In this document: in pieces, positions 13,501 to 25,926 of the stretch | Layout of the letters: each line of letters opens with the position of its first letter | Numbering within the stretch: the first letter of the stretch is position 1 | Assembly: GCF_963921235.1 (NCBI RefSeq) | Contig: NC_086097.1 | Location: 187,366,001-187,430,000, forward strand | Origin: Mobula hypostoma | Lineage: Eukaryota | DNA: 64,000 bases | Reading direction: 5' to 3' | Position numbers and translations under genes: made by a program | Notes under the pieces: generated by a model | Seen by the model: the letters and a program-made list of their open reading frames with translations, nothing else | The model's database searches: none | Told to the model about the DNA's origin: nothing

Positions 13501-14785
13501 TTGGGGCTTTCATTAATCCTGCCTGCCAAGGCCTTCTCATAGCCCCTTCTGGCTCTCCTAATTTCCTTCCTAAGCTCCGTCCTGTGAGCCTTATAATCTT
13601 CTAGGTCTGTAGCTCTCTGAACCTTCTGTAAGATTTTCTTTTCTTCTTAACTAGATTTACTACAGCCTTTGTACCCACAGTTCCTGTACCCTACCATAAC
13701 TTCCCTGTCTCATTGGGACGTACCACACAAATATCCCCTGAACATTTGCCACATTTCTTTCATATCCTTCCCTGAGAACACCTGATTCCAATTTAAGCTT
13801 CCAAGTTCCTGCCTGATAGCCTCTAAATTCCCCTTACTCCAATTAAACAGTTTTATATCTTGTCTGTTCCTATATCTCTCCAATGCTATTGTAAAGAAGA
13901 TAGAATTATGATCACTGTCTCCAAAATGTTCTCCCACTGAGAGATCTAACACCTGACCAGGTTCATTTCCCAATACCAAATCAAGTACAGTCTCTCCTCT
14001 TGTAAGCTTATCTACATATTGTGTCACAAAACCGTCCTGAACACACCTAACAAACTCCACCCCATCTAAACCCCTTATTCTAGGGAAATGCCAATCGATA
14101 TTTGGGAAACTATAATCTTCCATCATGACAACTCTGTTGTTATTACACCTTTCCAGGATCTGTTTCCCTATCTGCTCCTCGATATCCCTGTTACTATTGG
14201 GCAGCCTATAAAAAACACCCAGTAAAGTTATTGACCCCTTCCTGTTCCTAACCTCCACCCACAGAGACTCCATAGATAATCCCGCCATGAAGTACACCTT
14301 TTCTGCAACTTTGACACTATCTCTGATCAACAGTTCCACGCCTCCACCTCTTTTACCTCCCTCCCTATCCTTTCTGAAACATCTGAAACCCGGCACTTGA
14401 AGTAACCATTCCTGTTCCTGAGCATCCAAGTCTCTGTAATGGCCACCACATCATAGCTCCAAGGACTGATCCACGCTCTAAGCTCATCCGCTTTGTTCAC
14501 AATACTTCTTGCATTAAAATAAACACATCTCAACCCGCCAGTCTGAGCATGTCCCTTCTCTATCGCCTGCCTATCCTCCTTCACACAATGTCTCCAAGCT
14601 TTCTCTATTTGTGAGTAAACCACCTCTTCCCCAGTCTATTTAGTTTGGTTCCCACCCCCCAATAATTCTAGTTTAAACTCTCCCCAGTAGCCTTAGCAAA
14701 CCTCCCTGCCAGGATATTGGTCCCCCTGGAATTCAAGTGCAACCCGTCCTTTTTGTACAGGTCATACCTGCACCAAAAGAGATTC
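10545..14785 (-). mobile_element. CR1 LINE (end of ORF1 esterase, ORF2 APE/RT, 3' tail), with internal deletion near 13390 and a nested L1
   Basis: ORFs 14327-14623 and 13710-14429 (APE: YFNARSI, AITETW, SDHN), 12919-13320 (RT: VPQGSIL, FADD), 10635-11115; (catagaaa)n tail at 10545. Confidence 0.92.
11179..12861 (-). mobile_element. 5'-truncated L1 inserted in CR1; open 427-codon C-terminal ORF2 segment (11464-12747)
   Basis: DGGLALPNF and CDRC...HMFWSC motifs as in the intact L1; AATAAA tail; degenerate TSD atatgctttctt 11167-11178 / acatactttctt 12862-12873. Confidence 0.9.
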
Positions 14786-14827
14786 CATAAGGTGTGTGTT
14801 CTAGTGTTTTCTGTTTATATTTCAGAT

Positions 14828-16445
14828 TTTAAAGTTAAATATTCAAAGTAAATTCATTATCAAAGTACATATACTGTATGTCACCATATACAACCCTAAG
14901 AATCATTTTCTGGCAGGCAGTCACTTGTAGATACAAAGAAATACAATGGAGTCGATGAAAACTATACACAAACAAGGCGGTCAAGCAACCAACCCGCAAA
15001 AGAAGACAAACTGTGCAATACTAAAAAAAGCAAACAATAAAAGTAATAAATAAATAAATGATATTGTGACAAAAGAACCAGTTATCAGAAGATTGATGCC
15101 GATAAGAGGACAATGGGGGAACATGTAAGGTGCTAATAAGAGAGAGACGAGAGAGATCACCAAGAGGAGACACGGTTCCGAGTATTGTCAGAGACCGGTG
15201 GCTTTGAACCCTGAACTGTTTGCAGTCTGATGGACAGGTGATACCCCTGCAGGGGGATAAAAAGGGACAGGTTCGCTAAGGCAACAGACACACGACACCA
15301 CGAGGTAACGAGACCCTGGAAGCGGTGCGCCCCCACAAGTTGCTGGGAGTTTTTGGAGGTCTGGTCGCGGGACCAGCCATAGATGCACAGGGTGGAAAGA
15401 TACGGTCGGGCGGGAACCTGGTGTGTATGTCCGCCCTTGCCTGGGTGCCGGGTTCACCACAGAAGAACGATCGTATCTGGAACGGAGGGGTCACAGTCGG
15501 TGACCTCATAAGTCATTACAAAGGGCTCGCCCGAAAGCTAACTGCGAGGAATATCGAAGGTCTGTTTGGAATCCGATTTGTATATTCATTCGTTCTCTCT
15601 CTCTTCTCCCCGCCCAACGGCACAAGTGATTACTGTGAACTGAACTGAACTCAATTGAACTGAACTTTGCGTCACTTGAAACTGATCATTTACCCCTAGA
15701 CTGTGATAGAGCTTGATTGATCCTATTATCCTAGTTCTGTGTACATGTGTGTTTTATCATTGCTAAACTGTTGCATTTATATCCTTTTGATTAGAGTACT
15801 ATGTTACTTATTTCTTTAATAAAACTTTCTTAGTTCCAGTAATCCAGACTCCAACTAAGTGGTCCATTTCTGCTGGTTTGGCAACCCAGTTACAGGGTAC
15901 ATAACAATATAAACAGCATGAGCTGTAGAATCCTAGAGAGTGAGTCTATAAGTTCTGGAATCAGTTGTGTGTTGAGCAGAGTGAAGTTTATCAATGCTGG
16001 TTTCGAGTCTGATTATTGAAGAGTAATACATAACTATTCCTGAACATGGTGATGTAGGACCTAAAGCTCCTATACCTTCTGCCCAATGGCAGCAACGGGA
16101 AGAGAGCATGGCTTTGATGGTGGGGGCCTCGATGATGGATGCTGTAGCATGGCTCCTTGTAAATGTGCTCAATGTTGGGGTCGGATTTCTTGTGATGGAC
16201 TGAGGCGTATCCAATATTTTTTGTAGGCTTTTCCATTCATGGGCATTGGTGTTTTATATCAGGCCTTGATGTAACCAGACTGGATACTCTCCATTGCGCA
16301 TTTGTAGAAGTATGATATTGCAAATGTGTAAAGGTGTACAGTGTAAAGGAAGTGAAGGTGCTGAAGTGCCTGCTTTGTAAAGGCACTTACATGCTGATCC
16401 CAGGACTGATAATCTGAAATGACAATGCCAAGGAATTTAAGGCCA
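14828..16445 (-). mobile_element. Rex1/Babar-like LINE 3' part, split by a solo LTR
   Basis: ORF 15991-16236 (HALFPLLPLGRRYRS) and a 3' UTR matching other Rex1-like copies such as 54292-54780. Confidence 0.8.
15065..15906 (+). mobile_element. Solo LTR (842 bp), probably Gypsy or ERV type
   Basis: TG...CA ends (TGTGAC...ATAACA), 4-bp TSD ATAT (15061-15064, 15907-15910), TATA-like GATAAAAA near 15257, (GAACT)n at 15637-15666, AATAAA near 15818; host LINE continues on both sides. Confidence 0.88.
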
Positions 16446-17349
16446 AGGGGTTCCAGTTTCTGCAGCTTTTTGATTTTGGAAAACTAAGATATCATGGGTG
16501 TCACTGAGAAAATTTCTCCTGATTGCCTTTAGGAGCCCCAGATGTCTGCCTTCTGCTTCCCAGATGTGATCCCTTTTCCTACATCTTCAAGAGCTAGTGT
16601 TTGAGTCATCTTCTGCGGCATAGCAATCTAATAGTGGCAGAGAAGATCTTGGCAATCTGTTGAATTCTTGGCAATGGTTGCCACATTATTTCAGTTAGGA
16701 AGGTGATACCATGTGTGCAGTCCTTTGGCAAGTTAAACCAAGTTAATTCCATCATAGCTTCCACCAGGTCCCTCTCTCTCAAAACAAATTTGAATATTTT
16801 TCCACAACATCTATGACTATGTCTACCTAATATCCTTAGATCCATTTAGGCCTGGAATTTTAATGTCTTGAACTGGAGAATTCTATAGTTAAATGGTTGC
16901 TCAAACTGAGAAAGAGTAGCAGATACTCTAATACTACAAACTAGTTAGGTGGTTTATGGTTTGCTGATCCGCAAACATTTTTGGCAGTAGCCAGAGTCAT
17001 GTTCTTGAAACGTTCTTACATGGTGTCAGAACAACCTGAATCAAGTTGATTGTTTTCAGAAATGTTCTGAAGTACACATAGAAACTTCGCAGAAATATCA
17101 GAGCCTTTCATGTTTGTGAAGTGAGGCTTCTCTTTTGCTTTCCACAAAGAATTCTTTTTATGGTATAATTGGAGCTTTTCCCTATTATGGCTGCAATTGC
17201 AGCAGAGAAAGATTAATCTGGCAGCAATTTCTGGATTACATTAGGATGGAATCATGTGATTTCAATCTCTAGATAAGCTTATATATTTTTAACACACTGT
17301 AATAATAGAGAACAATGCACTTAAGGAAGAAGGGATATGTTCAACAAAG

Positions 17350-17612
17350 ACATTCAGGACAAGTTTTTGTTACACAAAGAGCAGTGGTTGGCAGAATTGT
17401 GTTGCCAGGAGTTGCAATGGAGGCAAGTACAACAAAGGCATTTAAAAACTCTTGGATAGGCACATGGATGTGCAGAGAACTGAGTGATATGGACATTGTG
17501 TAGGCAAAAGGGATCATTTTAGTTAAGCAATAAATTACTAGTTTAATTAGATTAGCACAATATTGGGGGCAAAGGGCCTGTTCCCTTGTTGTACTGTTCT
17601 GTGTTCTATGTC
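17350..17612 (+). mobile_element. Old CR1 3' fragment
   Basis: VFVTQRAV...LPGVAMEA C-terminal remnant and ttctgtgttctatg tail. Confidence 0.65.
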
Positions 17613-18109
17613 TTAAAGGTTTGATAGATGTAATATTAATTTCAACAGCTGGTTCCCTAACCATATCTAAACCAAACATAGAGAGGCTAATATATCTTTA
17701 ATGAAAAGACCTGGCCAATCATATGAAAGCAGGAAAAGTGTTTGAATGATGAATAATAAATGAGGTTTTCTATGGTCCTTAATTACAGCAATGTTTAATA
17801 TTCAGTGAAGTGGGTTTAATTCAATGCTTATTGTACAAGGATAATTTAACTCACAATCAATGGTACTGCTGCAAAAAAAAATCATAAGCTCATTGTAGTG
17901 TCACTTAGGGAGTGTTATTTCTATTAAACTTTATTTCAGCTCCTACATCAGAGAACTCAAGACTGACATTCTGCACTGCAAGACAGTGGAAGTCAGAGTT
18001 GCCATTTGAATGAGGTATTAAACTATTTTGAATAGCAGGGATTAGCCCTGATGTCCTGACTAATATTTATAAAACAGATTACAAGTCCTCTCCAGGTTAC
18101 TATTGGGTT

Positions 18110-18610
18110 CCAATATACTAAATACTGGAGGAACTCGGTGGATTTAGCGGCATATGCGGAGGGAAATTAACAGTTGACTATTCAGGTCAAGGTCATTCAT
18201 CTGGACAAAAGGATGGAGGGGAGATTATATAAAGAGATGAAGGGAATGATTGGAGAAAGGTCTACCAGGTGATTGATAGATCCACATGAGGAGGGGGTGG
18301 AGTGGTTGATAAGAGGTTGGAGGAGGAGAGAGTGGGAATGGTGCCAGAAGCTGGGAGTTAATAGGTGGAAGTGACAAAGGACTGAAAATGATAGAAGTAA
18401 AAGGAGGGAGCTGGATAAGGCAGGAGGGAGTAGTGGGGGTAAGAAACAATGGGAGAAGTGTGTGGGTGATGAGCAGATAGAGAGAATGAAGAAGGGGAAA
18501 AAGACATAATGATGGGGATGAGATAGAACAGGTGAAGAGGGAAAAGGGAGCAGTTCCAGTAGTTGGAGAATTCAATATTTATGCAGCCTAGTTGACAGAA
18601 TATGAGGTGC
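18110..18610 (-). mobile_element. Old Penelope-like 3' remnant
   Basis: Purine-rich tract bounded by ctggaggaactc and agttggagaattcaatatt, as in the minus-strand copy at 20760-21140. Confidence 0.6.
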
Positions 18611-19944
18611 TATTCAAACAAGCAGTTCTGTTCCTGAGAACTGTTTGAAAGCCAAAAGGTTCATGTCAAAAAAGTAGTTGTTCAGCAATATATTTAAGGA
18701 ACAACATTGGCTAACCAAAGGTAAGTTGTAATTAAACCAAGATGTTTAACTCAATCATTCAGATTTCTCTGCAAGATACAACAATAATACCATGAACCGA
18801 GTTCTCACATGACAAAAGATGCCAGTTGCTCTGCTGCAGACAACAAGTCTGTCCCGCTAGTATCCCAAACATTTGCTCATAGTACCCGCTGTACATAAGT
18901 CAGACATTGAAATGTGGCAGTACATTTATTTGGATATGCAAGTTTGTGGCCTATTACTTGGCAGGAATTGCCACTGTTCATCTTATAATAGTAACTATAG
19001 TTATGTTTTGATGGTCTTTAAAAAGCTTTGGAACATTCTGGAAGTGATCTGAGTAGCTACTGTGTAAACACATCATTTAGAAAATCATTATAATTAAAGT
19101 GAATTCAATCACTTGGTGCTGTGCCATTACTGGAAAAATTATCCTAACTTCTAAAGGAGTTTCTTATTTTCATTGATGAAACAGAACTTGCACAGCTATT
19201 TATGGTGTCTAGAATGTGGAACTAATTAGTACAAGGACCAGCTGAGACAAGCACTGATTTTATTTCTTGGGATTCTGGATAAGTATATGAAAGAAAACAG
19301 CAACAGAACGCTATGTTGATAAAGTCACATGAATAAAGACTGTATGAGGATAATTACAGTAATTGTCAAGTTGAGCTGAACAGTCAGCTCTTATGCTGTA
19401 ATTTCATCTACCAACATCAGAAAGAAAATGACTAAGTAAAATTGTTGTTCCAGCCTTCTTCTCTCCTCCTTTCACGTCACATCCTTTTTTTCTGACTTGT
19501 GAACAGGCTTTAGCTGCTTTTAATTTCTTTGGGAGGAGCCAGGTCCAGGAAAGCCAAAGGTCAACTAAAGCAGCGACACTTGCAGCATCAGAAGGTCATA
19601 GGCATAGCAGCAGGAATAGGGCTGTCCTTATCCTTCAGCCTACTTCCTCTTTCAGTAAGATGATGGCTGATATTTTACTAAAGCAACATTTTCCAGCATA
19701 ATTCCCACATTTCTTTCATTCAGTTAATGCCCAGTAATAGATCAGTCTGTTTTTGAATGAAAACTGAGTCTCCTCAGTCCTCTGAGGTGGATAATTTCTA
19801 AAGTTCTTCACTTAGTATGAAGATATTTCTCCTTATTTCAGTCCTATCAACATAAGCAGTGGAGTGTGACACATTAGAGCTAATAAAACCCCGCTGCAGA
19901 AAATGACAATTGTTTCTGCAAACGCAGATGCATATTCAATTGTG

Positions 19945-20120
19945 CGTGACACAGAAATTCTGCAGATGCTGGATATCTTGAGCAATATGCTGGATGAAAT
20001 CAGAAAGTCAGGCTGCATCTATGGAGGGAAAAACGGTTGATGTTTCAGGCTGAGAAGGGAAAGGGACAGAAAATAAGAACATGAGGGACAGGAGGAGAAC
20101 AGGCTGGCAGGTGATAAGTA
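19945..20120 (-). mobile_element. Penelope-like terminal fragment
   Basis: aattctgcagatgctgga...gcatctatgga...gttgatgtttcagg is the reverse of the PLE terminus. Confidence 0.6.
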
Positions 20121-20298
20121 GGGGTCTCTGATGAAATTAAGACTAATATCCTAAAGTTTAGATCACTCCTAGTGCAACACAACAGGCAATAATGTATTCT
20201 CCCTCCTGGCAATTATCCTTGCAAGCGGAACAAATGCTACACATGCCCTTTCACTTCCTCCCTTATCACCATTCAGGGCCCCAAGACAGTCCTTCCAG

Positions 20299-20625
20299 GT
20301 GAGGCGACACTTCACCTGTGAGTCGGCTGGGGTGATATACTGCGTCCAGTGCTCCCGATGTGGCCTTCTATATATTGGCGAGACCCGACGCAGACTGGGA
20401 GATCGTTTTGCTGAACACCTACGCTCTGTTCGCCAGAGAAAGCAGGATCTCCCAGTGGCCACACATTTTAATTCCAAGTCCCATTCCCATTCTGACATGT
20501 CTATCCACGGCCTCCTCCACTGTAAAGATGAAGCCACACTCAGGTTGGAGGAACAACACCTTATATTCCGTCTGGGTAGCCTCCAACCTGATGGCATGAA
20601 CATTGACTTCTCAAACTTCCGCTAA
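20299..20625 (+). pseudogene. Penelope-like GIY-YIG endonuclease domain, open but lacking the upstream RT
   Basis: GVIYCVQCSRCGLLYIGETRRRLGDRFAEH...VATHF...EEQHLI..LGSLQPDGMN. Confidence 0.88.
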
Positions 20626-20812
20626 TGCCCCACCTCCCCCTCGTACCCCATCCGTTATTTATATACACACATTCTTTTTCTCTCTCTCCTTTTTCTCCCT
20701 CTGTCCCTCTCACTATACCCCTTAACACAAAATAATCTGTAAATGCTGGGGTCAAAGCAACACTCACAACACACTGGAGGAACTCAGGTCGGGCAGCATC
20801 CGTTGAAAAGAT

Positions 20813-20850
20813 CAGTCGATGTTTCGGGCCAGAACCCTTCAGCAGGACTG
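20813..20850 (-). ncRNA. Mutated minimal hammerhead ribozyme motif in the PLE terminus
   Basis: Minus strand cagtc-CTGCTGA-agggttctggccc-GAAACATC-gactg; one substitution in the CUGA core. Confidence 0.55.
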
Positions 20851-22926
20851 TAGGGGGAAGGGGCAGAGGCCCTATAAAGAAGGTGGGGGGAGGGTGGGAA
20901 GGAGAAGGCTGGTAGGTTCCAGGTGAAAAACCAGTAAGGGGAAAGATAAAGGGGTGGGGGAGGGGAAGCAGGGAGGTTATAGGCAGGAAAGGTGAAGAAA
21001 GAATAGGGGAGAACACAATGGGTAGTAGAAGGAGGCGGAACCATGAGGGAGGTGATAGGCAGCTGGTGGAGGGGGCAGAGTGACATAGGGATAGGGGAAG
21101 GGAGAGGGAGGGGATTACCGGAAGTTGGAGAATTCTATGTTCATACCGAGGGGCTGGAGACTACCTAGACGGTATATGAGGTGTTGCTCCTCCAACCTGA
21201 GTTGCCTCATCATGGCAGTAGAGGAGGCCATGTATGGACATATCTGAATGGGAGTGGTAAGCAGAGTTGAAGTGGGTGGCTACTGGGAAATCCTGTCTGT
21301 TTTGGTGGATGGAGTGGAGGTGCTCGATAAAGCGGTCCCCCAATCTGCGTCGGGTTTCACCGATGTAGAGGAGGCCGCACCGGGAGCACCGGATGCAATA
21401 GATGACCCCAACAGACTCACAAGTGAAGTGTTGCCTCACTTGGAAGGACTGTTTGGGGCCCTGAATGGTGGCAAGAGAGGAGGTGGAGGGACAGGTGTAG
21501 CACTTGCGCTTACAGGGATAAGTGCCAGGTGGGAGATCCATGGGGAGGGACGTGTGGACCAGGGAGTCACAGAGGGACTGATCCCTGCAGAAAGTGGAGG
21601 GGGTGGAGAGGGAAAGATGTGCTTAGTGGTGGGGTCCTGTTGAAGTAGCGGAAGTTGCGGAGGATAATGTGCTGGATCCGGAGGCTGGTGGAGTGATAGG
21701 TGAGGACAAGGGGAACTCTGTCCCTGTTGTGGTGGTGAGAGGATGGGGTGAGAGCCGAAGTGCGGGAAATGGAGGAGATGCAGGTGAGAGCATCATTGAT
21801 GACAGCAGAAGGGAAACCACTATCCTTAAAGAAAGGGGAATTTTAGATGACCTGGAATGGAAAGCCTCATCCTGGGAGCAGATGCGGCAGAGACGGAGGA
21901 ACTGGGAATAGGGAATGGCATTTTTGCATGTGGCAGGGTGGGAAGAGGTATAGTTGAGGTAGTTATGAGAGTCAGTGGGCTTGTAGAAGATGTCAGTGGA
22001 CAGTCTGTCTCTAGAGATGGAGACCGAGAGATCGAGAAATGTCCGAGATAGACCAAGTGAATTTGAGGGCTGGGTGGAAGTTAGAAGTAAAGTCACCAGC
22101 CTCCGGATCCAGACATTATCCTCCGCAACTTCCACCACTTTCAACTGGACCCCACCACTAAGCACATCTTTCCCTCTCCACCCCTCTCCGCTTTCCGCAG
22201 GGATCTGTCCCTCCGTGACTCTCTGCTCCACACATCCTTCCCCACGGATCTCCCACCTGGCACTTATCCCTGTAAGCGCAAGTGCTACACCTGTCTGTAC
22301 ACCTCCTCTCTTGCCACCATTCAGGGCCCCACACAGTCCTTCCAGGTGAGGCAACACTTCACTTGTGAGTTTGTTGGGGTCATCTATTGCATACGGTGGG
22401 CCTCCTCTAAATCGGTGAAACCCGACGCAGATTGGGGGACCGCTTCGTCGAGCACCTCCGCTCTGTCCGCCAAAACAGACAGGATCTCCCAGTAGCCACC
22501 CACTTCAACTCTGCTTACCACTCCCATTCAGATATGTCCATACATGGCCTCCTCTACTGCCATGATGAGGCTAAACTCAGGTTGGAGGAGCAACACCTCA
22601 TATACCGTCTAGGTAGTTTCCAGCCCCTTGGTATGAAAATAGAATTCTCCAGCTTCCGGTAATTCCCTCCCCCTCCCTTCTCCTATCTCTATGTCACTCT
22701 GCCCCCTCCCCCAGCTGCCTATCACCTCCCTCATGGTTCCGCCTCCTTCTACTACCCATTGTGTTTTCCCCTATTCTTTCTTCACCTTTCCTGCCTATCA
22801 CCTCCCTGCTTCCCCTCCCCCACCCCTTTATCTTTCCCCTTACTGGTTTTTCACCTAGAACCTACCAGCCTTCTCCTTCCCACCCTCCCCCCACCTTCTT
22901 TACAGGGCCTCTGCCCCTTCCCTCTA

Positions 22927-22964
22927 CAGTCCTGACGAAGGGTTCCGGCCCGAAACGTCGACCG
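22927..22964 (+). ncRNA. Minimal type I hammerhead ribozyme motif in the PLE terminus
   Basis: cagtc-CTGACGA-a-ggg ttccgg ccc-GAAAC-GTC-gaccg: intact core, stem II, GUC cleavage triplet. Such motifs are known from Penelope-like pLTRs. Confidence 0.8.
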
Positions 22965-24129
22965 ATATTTTCCATGGATGCTGCCCGACCTGCTGAGTTA
23001 CTCCAGCGTGTTGTGAGTGTCACTATACCCCTTTCCCATCCTCTTGGATTCCTCCCCCCCCCCCGATCCTCTCATATCCCTTTTGCCAATCACCTGTCCA
23101 GCTCTTGGCTCCATCCCTCCCCCTTCTGTCTTCTCCTATCATTTTGGATCTCCCCCTCCCCCTCCCACTTTCAAATCTCTTACTAGCTCTTCTTTCAGTT
23201 AGTCTTGAGAAGGGTCTCGGCACTAAATGTCGACTGTACTTCTTCCTAGGGATGCTGGCTGGCCTGCTGCGTTCACCAGCAACTTTGATGTGCGTTGCTT
23301 GAATTTCCAGCATCTGCAGATTTCCTCGTGTTTGCGTTTTTAGAGGCAATAATGTATCATAGGGTAAGCTCAACACACGGCTGGAGAAATGATGCAAGTA
23401 TGAGGATTTCATATTATTGGTAAATGATGAGAGAATTGTGACTCATTCTTCAACAAAAAGGATCTATTGTATTTCAAGAGGCTGTGTCTAATATCCTGGT
23501 GGTAAGGTTAGGTAATAATGTGGAGGTAGTTTAACCATGATGACAGTAAGTTGCTTATGAGGATAAAAAGGCTCTACAGAAAGAAGGGAAAACCATCTGA
23601 TAAAGCATAATACACATATCATGATAAATAATGTTACAGAGCTGTAAGTACATGATACCTGATATCGGGATAATAAAAGGGTCCTGGTTTATTGTAAGGA
23701 CAAACTGGGTATTCAATAAGCTGTATGGAATTTAATTCAACCTGCTACCTGCGCTCTTCTCCTCATGCTACTGCATCTACATTTTCCTCCAGCAGCACCA
23801 TTGAAACAATTATTCAGGAGGTTTCTACCCCGTAGTCCTTCTGGTCAGAGAGATCAAGTGCCTGTAATGACGAGACCTCAAAGATCAGTGGTGAATCCAC
23901 AAGGCATCAAATAATATCTGACCTGAGATCTATCTCCAAGATTCATGTTACAGTGTGCAAACATGGCAAAGCAAGTTGGGCAGGTGGCCAGTGTTCCATC
24001 AAAACACCTACAGACCACTCAATTCAACTACTGGGGAGAAATGACAAAAGTGATGCTTAATGGAGGAACTAGTAGAATGAAAGTTGAGGACTAGGGGAAA
24101 TTCTATCTCTAGATATAAAAGCAGAAGTC

Positions 24130-24845
24130 TGAGAAAGAAAAGAAGTGCAGGAGAGGGTTTCATCAACCTATGGTATGCACAGCCATCTTTTTCTCTCTCT
24201 CCCCCCCTCATCCCCCTTGATAGCCTGCTCAAGTCCTCCCATTTTTCCCCCTTTTCATAACCTCCTCCAATTCCCCATCACCTATTTCATCCCTTTACAC
24301 CTCCCAGTTCTATCTGTCAGCCACCCATATTTTTCACCCACTACCCTTTCCCCCATCTGATTTTAGTTAAATCTTCCTTCACCTCTCCCCTAACCGCTCC
24401 CATTGCCACCTTCCTTTCTATCAGATTCCAGCACTGGTAGTCTTTGTGTTCTTGCTGATCATCCTCCAGCAGCTATCTTCTCGTATTACCTCCCCCTCTC
24501 CCCAGCCAGCTCCATCTGCCTGTTTTCTTGTCTGCCTCCATTAATCATCTACTTACCTCCGTGTCTCAGTTCCACCACTGAGCATTGCCCCCCACCACCT
24601 TACTCAATCTGCGCAGCATTCTTTATCTCTGCTCAGTCCACCAATCTCCTCTAGCCCCTCTCTCATTACTCTTCCTCTCTCCTTTATACTGCGAATATCG
24701 CCTCTCAATTCTTTGTCCAGAAGCAGTGTTTCAACCCAAAACATCAACAGTTCCTTTCTCTCCATAGATACTGTTTGACCCATTGAGTTCCTCCAGCAGA
24801 TTATTTGTTGTTCCAGATTCCAGCACCTGCAGACTCTTGTGTCTG
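24130..24845 (+). mobile_element. Old Penelope-like 3' region
   Basis: Pyrimidine-rich tract ending gagttcctccagca...gattccagcacctgcag. Confidence 0.6.
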
Positions 24846-25084
24846 TGAATGAAATCTGCGGCAATGCCTTTTGAGGATATTGTTAAGTGACATTGTGTAG
24901 ATGTGAAACAAGAATGAAACTATGGATTCTTAGATGTAAAACTGCAAAGGCTAGCAGACTAACAAACCACTGGTGAATCTCTGGCAATGGCTTGTTGGAC
25001 AATAAGATTCATTATTGCTTACCAGTAGGACAGCAGTAAGAAGTCTTTAAATGAGAATGAACTGGTCAACTATATAAAAGACTG

Positions 25085-25926
25085 GATAATTGGCCAATTA
25101 CACCACTGTTGTTAGAATCTTAGGTGGTGATGAGGAAACATATAGGAGTGAGATAGTTGACTGGCTGAGCTGGTTGAGTGGTGTTGCAATAACAACTTCG
25201 TTCTCATCATTAGCAAGACCAAGGAATCGATTGTGGACTTCAGAAAGGGTAGATGGGGAGAACATACCCCAGTCCTCATTGAGGGATTAGCAGTGGAAAA
25301 AGTGAGCACTTTGAAGTCCCTGGGTGTCATCCTCTCAAGGGATCTATCCTGGGCTTGATGCATCGATGCAATTATGTTGAAGGCACACTAGCGTTCTACT
25401 TTACTAGGAGTTTGAGGAGATCAGGTATGTCACCAAAGACTCTTAAAAATAAGTACAGTGGAAAGTATTCTGACCTGTAGCATTACCACCCGGCATGGAG
25501 CCTCTAATGCATGGGATTGCAAGAGGCTACGGGGGTTATAGATTCTGTCAGCTCCATTGTGGGCACAGACCTCCCCACTATCGAGGACGTCTTGAAAAGC
25601 TGGTGCCTCGGAAATTAGGCAACCATTATTAATGACTCTCACCATTTGGAACATGCTTCTTCTCATTATTACTGTCAGGAAAAAGGTACAGGAGCCTGAT
25701 GACCTACAGACAACAATTCAGGAACAGCTTCTTCCCCTCCACTATCAGATTTCTGAATGATCTACAAGTCCATAAATACTAACTCAATATTCCTTTCTAG
25801 TTTGCACCATTTAGTTATCTTTGTAGTTTATATATTAGTATGTCTTTGCACCATACTGCTGCTGAAAAACAACAAGTTTCAGGTCATATGTCAGAGATAA
25901 TAAATCTGAATCTCATTCTCATTCTG
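25085..25926 (+). mobile_element. Rex1/Babar-like LINE 3' fragment
   Basis: DEETYRSE, aagaccaaggaa...gtggacttcag RT remnants, AATAAA plus (tctcat/tctga) tail. Confidence 0.75.

Larger units (their letters stand above)
20724..23019. mobile_element. Penelope-like insertion with inverted arms: minus copy 20724-22093 (part of RT plus endonuclease) and plus copy 22094-23019
   Basis: 14-bp TSD tcactatacccctt (20710-20723, 23020-23033); arms 20760-21689 and 22094-23020 are reverse complements; RT remnant FLDLSVSIS..LSTDIFYKPTDSHNYL. Confidence 0.92.
20196..23340 (+). mobile_element. Penelope-like element 3' part (outer host), interrupted at 20724-23019
   Basis: GIY-YIG ORF followed by a pyrimidine-rich UTR that resumes after the TSD at 23020; terminus gaatttccagcatctgcagatttcctcgtgttt. 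Confidence 0.88.

Noticed and set aside
15188..15648. ORFs within the solo LTR
   Set aside because: No gag, pol or env motifs; chance frames in GC-richer LTR sequence.
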